Of a DNA stretch of 60,246 nt, positions 34,568-44,243 are shown piece by piece. A model generated the notes under the pieces. It had not been told where the DNA came from and searched no databases. It saw only the letters and a list, made by a program, of their open reading frames with translations. Position numbers and translations under genes: made by a program. Source of the DNA: a virus (taxonomy: Duplodnaviria > Caudoviricetes). Numbering within the stretch: the first letter of the stretch is position 1; each line of letters starts with the position of its first letter. The stretch spans positions 1-60,246 of the IMG/VR virus record IMGVR_UViG_3300035670_000226; one strand, given 5' to 3'.

Positions 34568-34586
34568 CGCCCCAACACAAACATTC

Positions 34587-34622
34587 CAGGGTCCACCATG
34601 CTTCAAGTGTGGTGGGCCCTTG
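34587..34622. terminator. Terminator between the convergent early and late blocks
   Basis: agggtccaccatgc / gtgtggtgggccct hairpin. Confidence 0.65.
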
Positions 34623-34633
34623 TTATCTACTAA

Positions 34634-36127
34634 CTAGTCTTCAATAGACTCTGAGATAATTCGAGTAGTTGCATCCTCATTTATAGGGTTCTGCATCTCT
34701 CTTAAAGCACTTGCACGGTCACCAAAAATAGCGCTCAAAACACCTCCGCTAGTCTCTCGGCTAGCAGTGATTTGAACAAACTCTTTGTTGCTTTCTAGGT
34801 CCTTCATATTGGACACTAACTTGAACAACCTGTCAATCTCTTGTGACACATTCGGGTCAGCGTATCCGCCACTCATTTCCTCTGCATACCGCATAAATGC
34901 TACCCTCTGGCCTTGCATCTCGATAATCGCAGTGAGCAAATCCTTCAGCTGTTCACGAGTTTTAACCTCTACCGGAAGGTTAAACGCACACATGTTATCT
35001 GGCTTAAATGCAGGGCAATTTGCAGCAACAAAACAGGTGTTACACTGCCTCAAAGAAGACTGCTGAGAACGTACTACAGCCACTTCTTTCAGGTTGTTAT
35101 CAGCGTCTACAATCGTCTTAGATTCAAACCCAAAAACAGGTAAGTTAACCTTTTCTGCAGGGTCTCTAGGCTCAACTTTTTTCCGCTCTACAGAACCCTT
35201 GTTATTAGAAGCCCCTAGGTCCAAATCCATCAAACCCGTATATAGAGACTCGTCGTTGTTATCTACTAACATCTCCTCAATTGATGGTAAATCGCCCTTG
35301 ATAACACGAAATCCGTTCTTCTTTTTATCTTTATCCATGCTCGCTTCTAACTGTAAATACGACCAAATAGCCACTTTAGTAGCCTCTAAAGTGTCGTCAG
35401 AGACAAACTTCTCAAAGTCTAACCCAGCATCACTGACAATACGAGCGTAACGTCTGCGAGCTTGGTCTTTCATTTTTTTAGGATAACGGACTAACTTACT
35501 TCCATCCCAAACAATGGTCTCTCCTCGTCTCATAGGAGAAATCCAAGACAAAGTGCTGGCGGTGTCGAACGGAATCTGACGTAAATTGTCAGGCTTGGCA
35601 GTAGCTAACGCATGAAAAGAAGTTCCATACTGAGCTTTAGCTGCTCTGACTAATCCAGAAAGAAAAGGCACATTCTCTATGGCAGTGCCAGGAATCGCCA
35701 CATTTTGGTATTGAGCTGCCCATTCTCCAACCAATAACGTGCTGTAAGTGTCATGCCAAACAACCCACATCTTCGGGTCATTTTCAAAGGCTGCTCTGTT
35801 CTGGAGTATCCTGGGCAATCCCCAAGCTTGACTATCAAACTCTACCCAGCCCTCTATTCTGTCGTAATTCAAAGCTACGAACTCTTCATAATTAGCTGCG
35901 TACTCTTCTAGCTCTCGCTTGGATAGACCTGCTTTGTCTGCTTGAGTGGCCCCTGAATCTACCCACACTTTCATGTCAGGAAGAAACTGCTCCCCTACCA
36001 TGTAGGCTTTAGTCTTAGGCAGACCTCGCTTACACAAGCCCCAATAGTTCAACATCACGTTGGTAACACCATTGCGTTCTAGCAAGGTGCGATTGCTAGG
36101 AATCTCTACGCCACCAAATATAAGCAT
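34634..36127 (-). CDS. TGT/DpdA-like TIM-barrel protein fused to a Cys-cluster C-terminal domain
   Basis: VWVDSGA, VVWH, VAIPG, FHALA, PFDTASTLSW; CNTC....NCPAF....MC. Confidence 0.6.
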   Translation of the reverse strand: MLIFGGVEIPSNRTLLERNGVTNVMLNYWGLCKRGLPKTKAYMVGEQFLPDMKVWVDSGATQADKAGLSKRELEEYAANYEEFVALNYDRIEGWVEFDSQAWGLPRILQNRAAFENDPKMWVVWHDTYSTLLVGEWAAQYQNVAIPGTAIENVPFLSGLVRAAKAQYGTSFHALATAKPDNLRQIPFDTASTLSWISPMRRGETIVWDGSKLVRYPKKMKDQARRRYARIVSDAGLDFEKFVSDDTLEATKVAIWSYLQLEASMDKDKKKNGFRVIKGDLPSIEEMLVDNNDESLYTGLMDLDLGASNNKGSVERKKVEPRDPAEKVNLPVFGFESKTIVDADNNLKEVAVVRSQQSSLRQCNTCFVAANCPAFKPDNMCAFNLPVEVKTREQLKDLLTAIIEMQGQRVAFMRYAEEMSGGYADPNVSQEIDRLFKLVSNMKDLESNKEFVQITASRETSGGVLSAIFGDRASALREMQNPINEDATTRIISESIED

Positions 36128-36615
36128 TACTCAAACCTAACTGTCTCAGTTCGAATAAGGCGCTTATCTCTAGTCATAAGTTCGTTTTGTTTAGAAATAG
36201 CGTTCTCAATGTCACTCCAAGCTCTCACGGATTTGGGGGCGTCAGGTCGGAACTCTGCTCGTAAATAAGACGGAACACCAAACATCAAAGAGGGAATGCC
36301 CTGCTCAAAAGCAAAAGCCCACAAAGAAGGATTGCTAGTAATAAATAGGTCTACTACACCTTTAGCTCTAGCTAATTTAAGTTGGCGTTCTTTTAAAGGT
36401 TCGCCTTCAAGTGACACAGAGCTGTCAATCATGTTGTCGAAATCAACAATCTTATTTTGGTCTACCCATTGCTTAGCCAATTGTGGGGAAAGCTCAGTTA
36501 TAAAAGTAATCTGATTGTAAGCACTCAGTGCTCCAACAACCAGTATTCCTTGGGAGATAGGCTCATCATTTCTGTGGCCTCTTAGTACTCCGTCTAAATC
36601 TACTACTATGTGCAT
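36127..36615 (-). CDS. HAD-superfamily phosphatase-like protein
   Basis: IVVDLDGVL motif I. Confidence 0.7.
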   Translation of the reverse strand: MHIVVDLDGVLRGHRNDEPISQGILVVGALSAYNQITFITELSPQLAKQWVDQNKIVDFDNMIDSSVSLEGEPLKERQLKLARAKGVVDLFITSNPSLWAFAFEQGIPSLMFGVPSYLRAEFRPDAPKSVRAWSDIENAISKQNELMTRDKRLIRTETVRFE

Positions 36616-36618
36616 AAA

Positions 36619-37506
36619 TTACATACTATTACGATACGTAGCAGCTCGCCTTATCAATGTTCTCGTGTCAGGCAGGTCTACACCATAATTTGGTTCATTT
36701 GATTTGAACTCTTTGACCTGCTTCAAAAGGTTTATAGCACCACTACGCTTGCTCGCTTGCCACCTGTAGTTGTTGAAATCGTAGTATCCAGCGCCATCGA
36801 GCGTAAACGCCAAATGACGATTGCCGTGAATTTCATTAAACAGAGCTTCTGCTTGCTTTTTTGCAGCGTCCATCTTTACTTCGGCATTGCGTCTTGTAGC
36901 GTCTGCATGGGACACTCTAACGTCCTGTAAAGCACTGGTAAACCTAGTGTGAATCTGCTTTGCAGCAATAGCATCAGCATCAGCAGCCACATCCCATTCA
37001 GGATTGACTGGCGCTGTTTGTGTTGGGTCGGGTGGCACTGTCCACTCGTCATACTTCAAATCGTATGCTGCGTATGGGTTAATAGTGCGGATATCGGTAG
37101 CACCTGGATTAACGTAAAAAGTCAACTCGTATCCGTGCCAATTTTCAGTCTTTGGGTAAAGCATGCTGCGGAACAGCTCGTTAATCATGTCTGCAATTTC
37201 AGAATCTAACAACCCTGCGTATTCTGGGTTGGCTTTCCTAAACTGAACGCCGTCTACGCCTACCAAACAATCCAAATCGCCTGGCTCACGGTGTGCTGAC
37301 CACTGGTAACTTACGCCAGAACCCGCCAGCCACGGGTGTGCCCAGAGTTCTGAGTGCCGAAACTCGTGAGAGAAAAAATCCTGCAATAACTGCATAATGC
37401 TCTGTCTTACCCACGACCTCAATCGGCGTCCCTCAAACAGGGTTGGGTCTAACGTCGTAGACGGTTCACTAAAGTACGACGTGCTAAAACTACCCAGACC
37501 AGACAT
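36619..37506 (-). CDS. Pol-beta-superfamily nucleotidyltransferase
   Basis: LAGS.VSYQW.....GDLDCLV and downstream ELTFYVN. Confidence 0.75.
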   Translation of the reverse strand: MSGLGSFSTSYFSEPSTTLDPTLFEGRRLRSWVRQSIMQLLQDFFSHEFRHSELWAHPWLAGSGVSYQWSAHREPGDLDCLVGVDGVQFRKANPEYAGLLDSEIADMINELFRSMLYPKTENWHGYELTFYVNPGATDIRTINPYAAYDLKYDEWTVPPDPTQTAPVNPEWDVAADADAIAAKQIHTRFTSALQDVRVSHADATRRNAEVKMDAAKKQAEALFNEIHGNRHLAFTLDGAGYYDFNNYRWQASKRSGAINLLKQVKEFKSNEPNYGVDLPDTRTLIRRAATYRNSM

Positions 37507-37533
37507 ACGTCTAGTTTATAGAGTTATTAGATA

Positions 37534-37806
37534 CTAGTCAGTCTTAAAACCACGTTCCTTCAAGGCGTCTTTCACCTTGTCAGAAGTGCTTTGTTCGACT
37601 GGTCGAAGGGCCTTAATCACTGTGTCTGCTACCTTCTGCGCCAGAATACTTGACTCAAACTCGTCTACAATCTGCTTGGCAGTGGTGTACACGTCGTAGT
37701 TAGTAATCGGTCTAGCTGTCTCAATGCCCTCTTCAGGCATCTCTGGTAGGGTCATAATCTGACCGTCTTCAGCAATTACTGCAATAAAAAATGCTTCAGC
37801 CTTCAT
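37534..37806 (-). CDS. Hypothetical protein
   Basis: Coupled stop/start. Confidence 0.6.
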   Translation of the reverse strand: MKAEAFFIAVIAEDGQIMTLPEMPEEGIETARPITNYDVYTTAKQIVDEFESSILAQKVADTVIKALRPVEQSTSDKVKDALKERGFKTD

Positions 37807-38363
37807 TAGTACATGCCTCTCATGGCTCGCTTCTTAGTGGTTGCAACAGCGTGGAACGGGCAAAAATGGCACAGGTACACCTTTGGTGCTCCTGAATTTG
37901 CTGGGTCTGGTAACCCCAGTTCCTTGCGCTCTCGGTCGGTCTTTGGTAACAATCGCTTTTGCTCTGATTCATAATCAGTGCAGCCTGGGTCCGATGGCCT
38001 TAGGTGATAGTTGTAGCACTGCATCGCATCTTCTGCGAACTGCATTTTAGTGCTGTAAAACTGCTTCTCAGGGTCCATTGCGTCCAGACCCTCAGAGCCA
38101 CCGCCCTTTAACTGGTCGATGATTGCTTTACGGTTCTCCTGCTTCATCCATGTCTTGACTGGAAGGAGGAACATCTTGCCCATGTGACGCTCACCACTTG
38201 GGAACTCGTGCTTCTCAAGGGTTAGTTCTAATAGAACATCGGTCTCTGGCGGACCATCGTGTGGAGGGAGTTCTTCAATAGTGTTACACACTAAACAATA
38301 AACCAGTCTGATAACTGGGCCATCGTGAAACTCCCGCTTACCAATTAGCGGTGCTTCAGCCAT
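37806..38363 (-). CDS. Zinc-binding hypothetical protein
   Basis: CLVC, H...H, C...H..C, YLCHFCP. Confidence 0.65.
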   Translation of the reverse strand: MAEAPLIGKREFHDGPVIRLVYCLVCNTIEELPPHDGPPETDVLLELTLEKHEFPSGERHMGKMFLLPVKTWMKQENRKAIIDQLKGGGSEGLDAMDPEKQFYSTKMQFAEDAMQCYNYHLRPSDPGCTDYESEQKRLLPKTDRERKELGLPDPANSGAPKVYLCHFCPFHAVATTKKRAMRGMY

Positions 38364-38541
38364 TTAATGGTTCTTTCGTTGTGCTGTCGTATAGCTTGCC
38401 TTTGTATCCAGGCCAAGGGCGCAATCCGTCCTCAGTTACGCCTCGGTCTTTGCCGTATCCTGGACTGTTAATTCCAGAGGCACCTGGGTGAAAAGGTGCT
38501 TTAGTTCCAATAGAGTCGCCCATTTTGTTCTCCAATTTAAG

Positions 38542-38868
38542 TTACTTGCTAGATGGCTTCTTTGTTGCTGGCTTCTTGGCAGCAGGTTTTGCTGCTGGGT
38601 TCTTCTCAGCAGGAGCTTTAGGTGCTGTTGGCTTCTTGGCCGCTGGCTTCTTAGCTGGAGCCTTCTTTGGTGCTGGCTTCTCTTCTACAAACAGCTCTTC
38701 AAGTAGCTGGTCAACTTGCTTCTCTACCTCTTCAATGGTAGGTAGGACAAGGTCTGCTGGACGCTCCCAAATGGTGCCGTCTTGAACCTTGCCATCGCCG
38801 TCTGAATCTACGGCCTTTAGATTTAGATTGGCATCTTTCTTGCCAAACAACTTACTCCAAAATCCCAT
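38542..38868 (-). CDS. Protein with DxDGDG Ca-binding-like motif and histone-like PAKK tail
   Basis: DSDGDGKVQDGTIWERP; KKAPAKKPAAKK repeats. Confidence 0.65.
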   Translation of the reverse strand: MGFWSKLFGKKDANLNLKAVDSDGDGKVQDGTIWERPADLVLPTIEEVEKQVDQLLEELFVEEKPAPKKAPAKKPAAKKPTAPKAPAEKNPAAKPAAKKPATKKPSSK

Positions 38869-38906
38869 TTTGTTCTCCTTGTTAGTGTTAGGGGTTTTAT
38901 TCTATT

Positions 38907-39206
38907 TTAGTACGGATTTGGCCCAAAAAACTTGTGCACTGCTAGTCTAGCTTCCATTACGTGGTCAACTTTACCGCCAGTGTAGCCTGCGTCTTGTGAT
39001 GCTGGGTCGTGTTTTACTACAGAAACGTCGTAGCCTCTCTTAGACACACCCTTACCGTAGTCTAGAGCAGCCTTTTTGTTGTCAAAAAACTGCGTCTTCT
39101 TGTCGCTTAGGCTAGCTATATCCCCTACTATCCTCCACTCATTGTGGGCTAATTCGTAGTGGTTTTGTTGACGCTTTGGGTGAAATGCTCTGTTAGGTTT
39201 TGGCAT
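38907..39206 (-). CDS. Hypothetical protein
   Basis: ORF track, tight packing. Confidence 0.55.
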   Translation of the reverse strand: MPKPNRAFHPKRQQNHYELAHNEWRIVGDIASLSDKKTQFFDNKKAALDYGKGVSKRGYDVSVVKHDPASQDAGYTGGKVDHVMEARLAVHKFFGPNPY

Positions 39207-39208
39207 GA

Positions 39209-39421
39209 TTACTTTCCTGGGTTAACCATCTTGTCGGAAGGAAATTCGGACGTAGTAAATCCATACCCGTAGAATGGGTGTAGGGACTGACGGTTGTTCA
39301 GGGTGTCCTCGTTACCCTTAACGTCAAGCACCTCGGTGTCTGGGCGAACCTTGCGGTACTTACCGTCGGTAGCGCCTTCATTCAAACCTGCGTTCATTGA
39401 ACGGCTTGTGTTAACTGCCAT
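39209..39421 (-). CDS. Hypothetical (probably virion) protein
   Basis: Start MAVNTSRS coupled to upstream stop. Confidence 0.55.
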   Translation of the reverse strand: MAVNTSRSMNAGLNEGATDGKYRKVRPDTEVLDVKGNEDTLNNRQSLHPFYGYGFTTSEFPSDKMVNPGK

Positions 39422-39627
39422 TAGGCCATCTTGCCTTTCACTCGTTGTGCAGCTCTGTCGTTCCTGCACTGGGTACAAATACCCTGGTTGTATAGGTACT
39501 GCACTGGGTCCATTACAATGCCACACTGTGGGCAAGGGTGAGAACCCTTATACATTGTAGCGTTTTGGGCGATTTTGTACGCCTGTAACTCTAGGGTCTC
39601 TCCGCCGTCACCGTCTCCACTAAACAT
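39421..39627 (-). CDS. Small zinc-finger protein
   Basis: CPQCG...CTQC. Confidence 0.6.
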   Translation of the reverse strand: MFSGDGDGGETLELQAYKIAQNATMYKGSHPCPQCGIVMDPVQYLYNQGICTQCRNDRAAQRVKGKMA

Positions 39628-41474
39628 TAACGGCCTCTTCCCTTGCCAGCAGACTGGGCTGCAAGTTTTGCTTCGTATTCAGAAGCAGCTTCTGGACTTG
39701 GAGCAGTAAACGCCGATGGGGTACGGTGTGCTGGAATTACTGGAGCATCAGAAGTCTCCATAATTCCTGTAAACGCCTGCTCTAAACGAGTCTTTCTGCT
39801 CTTAGGAGCAGCTGGCTTCAAGTCAGTCTTTGCCTCAACGTTAGTAGCTACGCCTCGGTTAGTAGGCTTAGCGGTAGTTGGGGTAGAAAAACCCTGCTCA
39901 TTCAGATACCGTTCTGGGTTGTAAACAACCATCTTCATGCGGGCCTTGTTCTTAGTAGCAAATGTGCTGTTGTGGTGATGCATCGCTGCTTCTGCAATGT
40001 TTCCATTGTTAATCATTGCTTGCGTTTCATCTGCGACTATCTTTTCACGCTTTTGACGAATGCTAATTTGAGCTGCGTAACCCGCCATTTCTTTTGCCTT
40101 GTTTTCCTCAGTAATTTTTGCAGCAGCTGCTTGCTGAGAAGTAAACTGTGCTGTGGTACTGGGTGAAAATGGGAAAGGCTTTGGTAAATCCTTAGTAAGA
40201 TTAGGGCTAGGTAGGCCTCGCTCTTTAGGGTCTGCAGTCTTCCAAGACTCCAGCAGCCTGCCTCTGTTTTCTTCGTGCTTTGCTTGCTGCTCTGGGGTCA
40301 GTGGCTCAAACTTTGGCATCAAAGCGCTGGGGTCATATGGAACAGGCTTGGTTGGTGCCTTAGCTTTTTCTGCAGCATCCCGAGCTTCAAAGTAAGCCCT
40401 GTCTGCCGCCGCTGCTCGTTCCCTAGCGGGAGCCGTAGCTTCGGTAATGCGAACACGCTCTGCCTGCTTTGCAGCACCTTCAGCCTGTGTCTCTTCCAAA
40501 GGTCTAAGAGACGGCCGTTGTGGACGAGGCTGCGCTGAAATTGGCTCGTAATCTGGGTCTGTATATGCCTCTGGCTTTGGACTGTACCCTGCTCCTCGCA
40601 AAGCAGCCAAAACAGCTGTCTCTTCAGGCTGCTTCTCTGTCAAGGAGTAGCGGTTTCTCACTACGTTTGACATACCAATGTGGCCTGCGTTTACCTTATT
40701 GTACTTTCCACCTGTAATAGTTTCCAAGTCTGTAGCAGCATTAGTTACGTGAGTTACAGCAGCAGTTAGGTGGTCAGCAGCTCCCTTGATTTTTCCACTG
40801 TTTCTGCTTAGTACGTTTCCCGCAATGTGAGCGTCTTGAGCAGCAGAATTCTTCTCATATGCTTTGCCCAACTGACTCCAGATGCCGTCAAAATCTTCTG
40901 CCTTGCCACCTGCACGGATGTGCTGCTGCATGTGGTGCTCAACGTGAGCCTCTAGCTGCTCAATAGAATCGTGCATCTCAGCAAAATGACGCAAATTAGG
41001 GCTGGCTGCAGTTGTCGCTTGGCTCTCTCCAGTGCGGTAATCATACCCACCAAATTTTGGGTCCATTACCTTTTCGGTTATTCTGGCCTTTTGACCGCCT
41101 TGGTTGACTATTCTCTTTACGTTTCTAGGCGCAGGAGGAATTACTTTTCCAACAGGAGCTTTTACTGCAAAAGATGTAGCAGCTAGGCCTCTAGCACCAG
41201 CGTAAGCTGCCCCTAGCTTGCCTCGGTTTTCAGCGCTAACGCCTGCATTCTCATACAGGTGGTTGTATACCTCTCCAACATCGCTAACTTTGTCTAGTTG
41301 AGCAGCAGGAACTCGGACAGTAGCACCACCTTCTGGCCGTACTACTGCAGGGGTCTCGACCATTGGTGCTACAGAACGTCCTGTAGAGGTAGTCTCTGGC
41401 TGAGATACTCTCTTTAGGTAGTCTTCAGTAGCTTCGCCTTCTTGTGGAAGGTACTTAGAAAAATCAGTAGTCAT
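39627..41474 (-). CDS. Large low-complexity protein (possible internal virion protein)
   Basis: 615 aa, Ala/Pro/His-rich, no Cys. Confidence 0.65.
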   Translation of the reverse strand: MTTDFSKYLPQEGEATEDYLKRVSQPETTSTGRSVAPMVETPAVVRPEGGATVRVPAAQLDKVSDVGEVYNHLYENAGVSAENRGKLGAAYAGARGLAATSFAVKAPVGKVIPPAPRNVKRIVNQGGQKARITEKVMDPKFGGYDYRTGESQATTAASPNLRHFAEMHDSIEQLEAHVEHHMQQHIRAGGKAEDFDGIWSQLGKAYEKNSAAQDAHIAGNVLSRNSGKIKGAADHLTAAVTHVTNAATDLETITGGKYNKVNAGHIGMSNVVRNRYSLTEKQPEETAVLAALRGAGYSPKPEAYTDPDYEPISAQPRPQRPSLRPLEETQAEGAAKQAERVRITEATAPARERAAAADRAYFEARDAAEKAKAPTKPVPYDPSALMPKFEPLTPEQQAKHEENRGRLLESWKTADPKERGLPSPNLTKDLPKPFPFSPSTTAQFTSQQAAAAKITEENKAKEMAGYAAQISIRQKREKIVADETQAMINNGNIAEAAMHHHNSTFATKNKARMKMVVYNPERYLNEQGFSTPTTAKPTNRGVATNVEAKTDLKPAAPKSRKTRLEQAFTGIMETSDAPVIPAHRTPSAFTAPSPEAASEYEAKLAAQSAGKGRGR

Positions 41475-41865
41475 AGTCGTCTAACCTCACTGGGGTTCCA
41501 GAAGAAATGTCAAAAGTTCCTAGTGGCTTTTCCTTCGGCTTTTTAGCAACAGGGGCAGCCGTTTCTCTCTTAACGTTTCTTCCCTTGATGTTCGAAAGAG
41601 TTGATGGAGCTGCTGGCTTTGGAGCCTCTTCCACTGGCGCTGGCTTTGGTAATTCAAAAGGAATGTGAGGACCAGTTGGAACTTGGTCACGGTCAACGGG
41701 TACTACTCGAACCGTTCCTTTAGTCTTTTGTTGGAGTTGACCTGCCAAGGTTAAAGTAGAAATGTCACCTGGCTTAGACAGCTGTAGCGTACGCCAATTC
41801 TGAGAACGAGGCTTGGAGTGCTGAATTGCCCAAAATTGCTGAGACTGCTCTATTCCACCTGCCAT
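41464..41865 (-). CDS. Hypothetical protein
   Basis: Coupled to neighbours. Confidence 0.55.
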   Translation of the reverse strand: MAGGIEQSQQFWAIQHSKPRSQNWRTLQLSKPGDISTLTLAGQLQQKTKGTVRVVPVDRDQVPTGPHIPFELPKPAPVEEAPKPAAPSTLSNIKGRNVKRETAAPVAKKPKEKPLGTFDISSGTPVRLDDYDY

Positions 41866-43337
41866 TATTTGCCCTTCCTTGATGCAATGTGATTCAAAAC
41901 TGCTTGAACGCCCTTTTCTCCAATGTGTTTCCTGGTGTCTGCAGGAATGCGAGCGCCGTTTACGATTGCTTGATACGCAATACCCATGTGCTTAGCCATT
42001 AGTGCTTCTTCTTGAGCTTTGTTGTCGGCTTCAGCATCGATGGCGCTTCTAGGAGTCGCTATCTTAACTGTGGTTGGAACCTGCTCAGCAGACCCTTCAA
42101 TACCTTCTCCACCCTTGTAGCTAGGCTTTCTTACGGAACCACCTGCTTGGACTGGTTTAACATCTCTTACAGCGCCTTCAGTAACTTTTCGTTGACCAAT
42201 AATGCGGGTAGGAGCCTTAGAAGTTCCTGTTTCAGCTCTTTCCGTAAACTCAGAAGTAGCTCGGGAAGCATCTCCTGCGTATCTGCTTATTAAGTCAGAT
42301 GAGGGCAGCTCTACGCCTGCACGTTCGAAAACTTGCCTAGTAATAGGGTCATTTAAGTGGGAAGCTGCTTTGCCGACGTGACGTGCAGCGGTCATTAGTA
42401 CTTTCTCTGCGTCTTTGTCATTTCCTTGACGTAGAGCGTTTTGACCCTGTGCAACTAATCCGCTGGCAGTCACTAGGTTGCTCATAGCTTTAAGGTGCTT
42501 GTTTCTGAATCCCTTGAGAGAAGTAACCACAGCGCTTGACTTTGAAAGTCCCTGAATGTGACCCTGGAGTTCTTCTTCAGACATTCTTTCTGGGTGGCCT
42601 TCAGGCAAAGAGGCCTGTCGGTCAATTGCAGCCTTGTGTTGCAAAGCAGCGTTATAAGCGTTAGTGCTAATTCTTTCTGCTAACTTACCTATGCTCAGGT
42701 CATGCTGAGTTAGGTGGGACATTCCGCTAATTGCTGACCTTAGGTTTTCGGCATGAATCTTGTGAGGCGTAGACAGCGATTTGATGTCCTGTTTTTGTTG
42801 AGTCAACTGCTCGGAAGTTGCCCCCGTAGACTGTTCGGTCTGGTTGTAAACATGGTGGTGGTCCTCAATTTGCTGGTGAGCACTCCACGCTGTGCGAGCA
42901 TCCTCAATAGCTTTATTTTCAGCTTTTTGAGAGTCAGTTAGTGGTCTGTCGGTACCGTCTATGTCAACGGTTTTGTGGCCAAGCATCTTAAATGGGTCTG
43001 GACCACGCTTGGACGAAGGTATGTACTCACCGTTTTTTGGCATGGGAGCAACTGAAACTTTACCCACTTGGGTAAGAGAAAACTCTCCGTCTTGTAGAGC
43101 ACGAGGAGGAGTGTGCCCCTTCAAACCCTTCCATTCAGCTCTCCACTTTTCTTTAGGCAGTGGCATGCTTGGGTTGTTAGGGTGAAAACTAGCGCCACCA
43201 ATCTTTAGGGGCGGCTGCAGTTCAGTAGTAGACGTTGATTGCTGTACTTGAGGTTCAGCGTCAACATTTTTGGGTGTAGTTGGCGTCTCTCTTACTGCAT
43301 TTGCACTATCAGTTAGAGCTTTCGCACTTCTACCCAT
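41865..43337 (-). CDS. Large low-complexity protein (possible internal virion protein)
   Basis: 490 aa, AAGGA SD; shares a helix motif with 39627..41474. Confidence 0.65.
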   Translation of the reverse strand: MGRSAKALTDSANAVRETPTTPKNVDAEPQVQQSTSTTELQPPLKIGGASFHPNNPSMPLPKEKWRAEWKGLKGHTPPRALQDGEFSLTQVGKVSVAPMPKNGEYIPSSKRGPDPFKMLGHKTVDIDGTDRPLTDSQKAENKAIEDARTAWSAHQQIEDHHHVYNQTEQSTGATSEQLTQQKQDIKSLSTPHKIHAENLRSAISGMSHLTQHDLSIGKLAERISTNAYNAALQHKAAIDRQASLPEGHPERMSEEELQGHIQGLSKSSAVVTSLKGFRNKHLKAMSNLVTASGLVAQGQNALRQGNDKDAEKVLMTAARHVGKAASHLNDPITRQVFERAGVELPSSDLISRYAGDASRATSEFTERAETGTSKAPTRIIGQRKVTEGAVRDVKPVQAGGSVRKPSYKGGEGIEGSAEQVPTTVKIATPRSAIDAEADNKAQEEALMAKHMGIAYQAIVNGARIPADTRKHIGEKGVQAVLNHIASRKGK

Positions 43338-43346
43338 TGTTTATCC

Positions 43347-43709
43347 TTAGATATCCTGCAAACTATTTCTTGAAGCGCCTGAATAGCCGCCAACCCCGCC
43401 CGAATACCAAGAAACTCTAGGTTCAGTGTACACTCTATCGACACTTACCACATCGTCAATTGTTGGCTGGTACCTAATACCGTAACCAATTCGGTCTGGA
43501 AACAAACGTATTTGAGGCAAAGGCGGGCGCACCATCTGCTGTAATACGGCACCTGGCATAGTTGCTGGAAGCAACGCTTGCTGAGTTAGGCGCTCTTCAT
43601 TTGAGGCCCACGGACCAGCATAAGTCCATCTGGGCTGTACTACATCAGAAGGTTCTGGACCTCTCCACGGCTTGGTGTAGTCGTATACACCGTCAACACT
43701 TTGGGGCAT
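43347..43709 (-). CDS. Hypothetical (probably structural) protein
   Basis: ORF track. Confidence 0.6.
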   Translation of the reverse strand: MPQSVDGVYDYTKPWRGPEPSDVVQPRWTYAGPWASNEERLTQQALLPATMPGAVLQQMVRPPLPQIRLFPDRIGYGIRYQPTIDDVVSVDRVYTEPRVSWYSGGVGGYSGASRNSLQDI

Positions 43710-43710
43710 C

Positions 43711-44238
43711 TTATCTCCAAACTGGTTTTAGATACGCCATTTGGTCGGCTCTGCGGACATTGATGGTGCCAGGACTGTCAGAACGCATGTTGGCCTTGCC
43801 GTCGTTGACAAGGTGTGGCGCTGGGGTAAGTTGCCATTGAGGAGCTTGGCGAGGAGCTCTGTACACACCTGCTACAGGGTCAAACACAGCTTTCATTTGC
43901 CGCTTGATTCCCATCTCGGCGTTAAACTCTGGTGACCAGTAATAGGCTGAGGCGTCGATTCGTTCACCTTTGTGAACACCTCTTTGATAGGACTTCTGGC
44001 CTACTTTTGACTTGATGCTATCCAACAGGCGGTCATCACGACGGCTGCGGATAGTGCCTAAATACCCGTCTGGATATTCGGCGGACGGTACCCTACCTGT
44101 TCCGATACGGATAGCATCAAGGTCTGAACGGGCTATTCCTCCGCCTGAACCGCCCTGATTGTTGTAGCCCCAAAAACCGTTACCACCTAGGGACTGCCAG
44201 TTTTGGCTGGGGGCAAAAGAGTTGTAATCTCCAGGCAT
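43711..44238 (-). CDS. Hypothetical (probably structural) protein
   Basis: PSAEYPDGYLGTI.SRR.DRLL...YQRGVHKGERID. Confidence 0.65.
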   Translation of the reverse strand: MPGDYNSFAPSQNWQSLGGNGFWGYNNQGGSGGGIARSDLDAIRIGTGRVPSAEYPDGYLGTIRSRRDDRLLDSIKSKVGQKSYQRGVHKGERIDASAYYWSPEFNAEMGIKRQMKAVFDPVAGVYRAPRQAPQWQLTPAPHLVNDGKANMRSDSPGTINVRRADQMAYLKPVWR

Positions 44239-44243
44239 ATCAA

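Noticed and set aside
34634-36127. Complete 7-deazaguanine DNA modification system
   Set aside because: No preQ0 biosynthesis genes in the window, and the presumed catalytic Asp appears substituted
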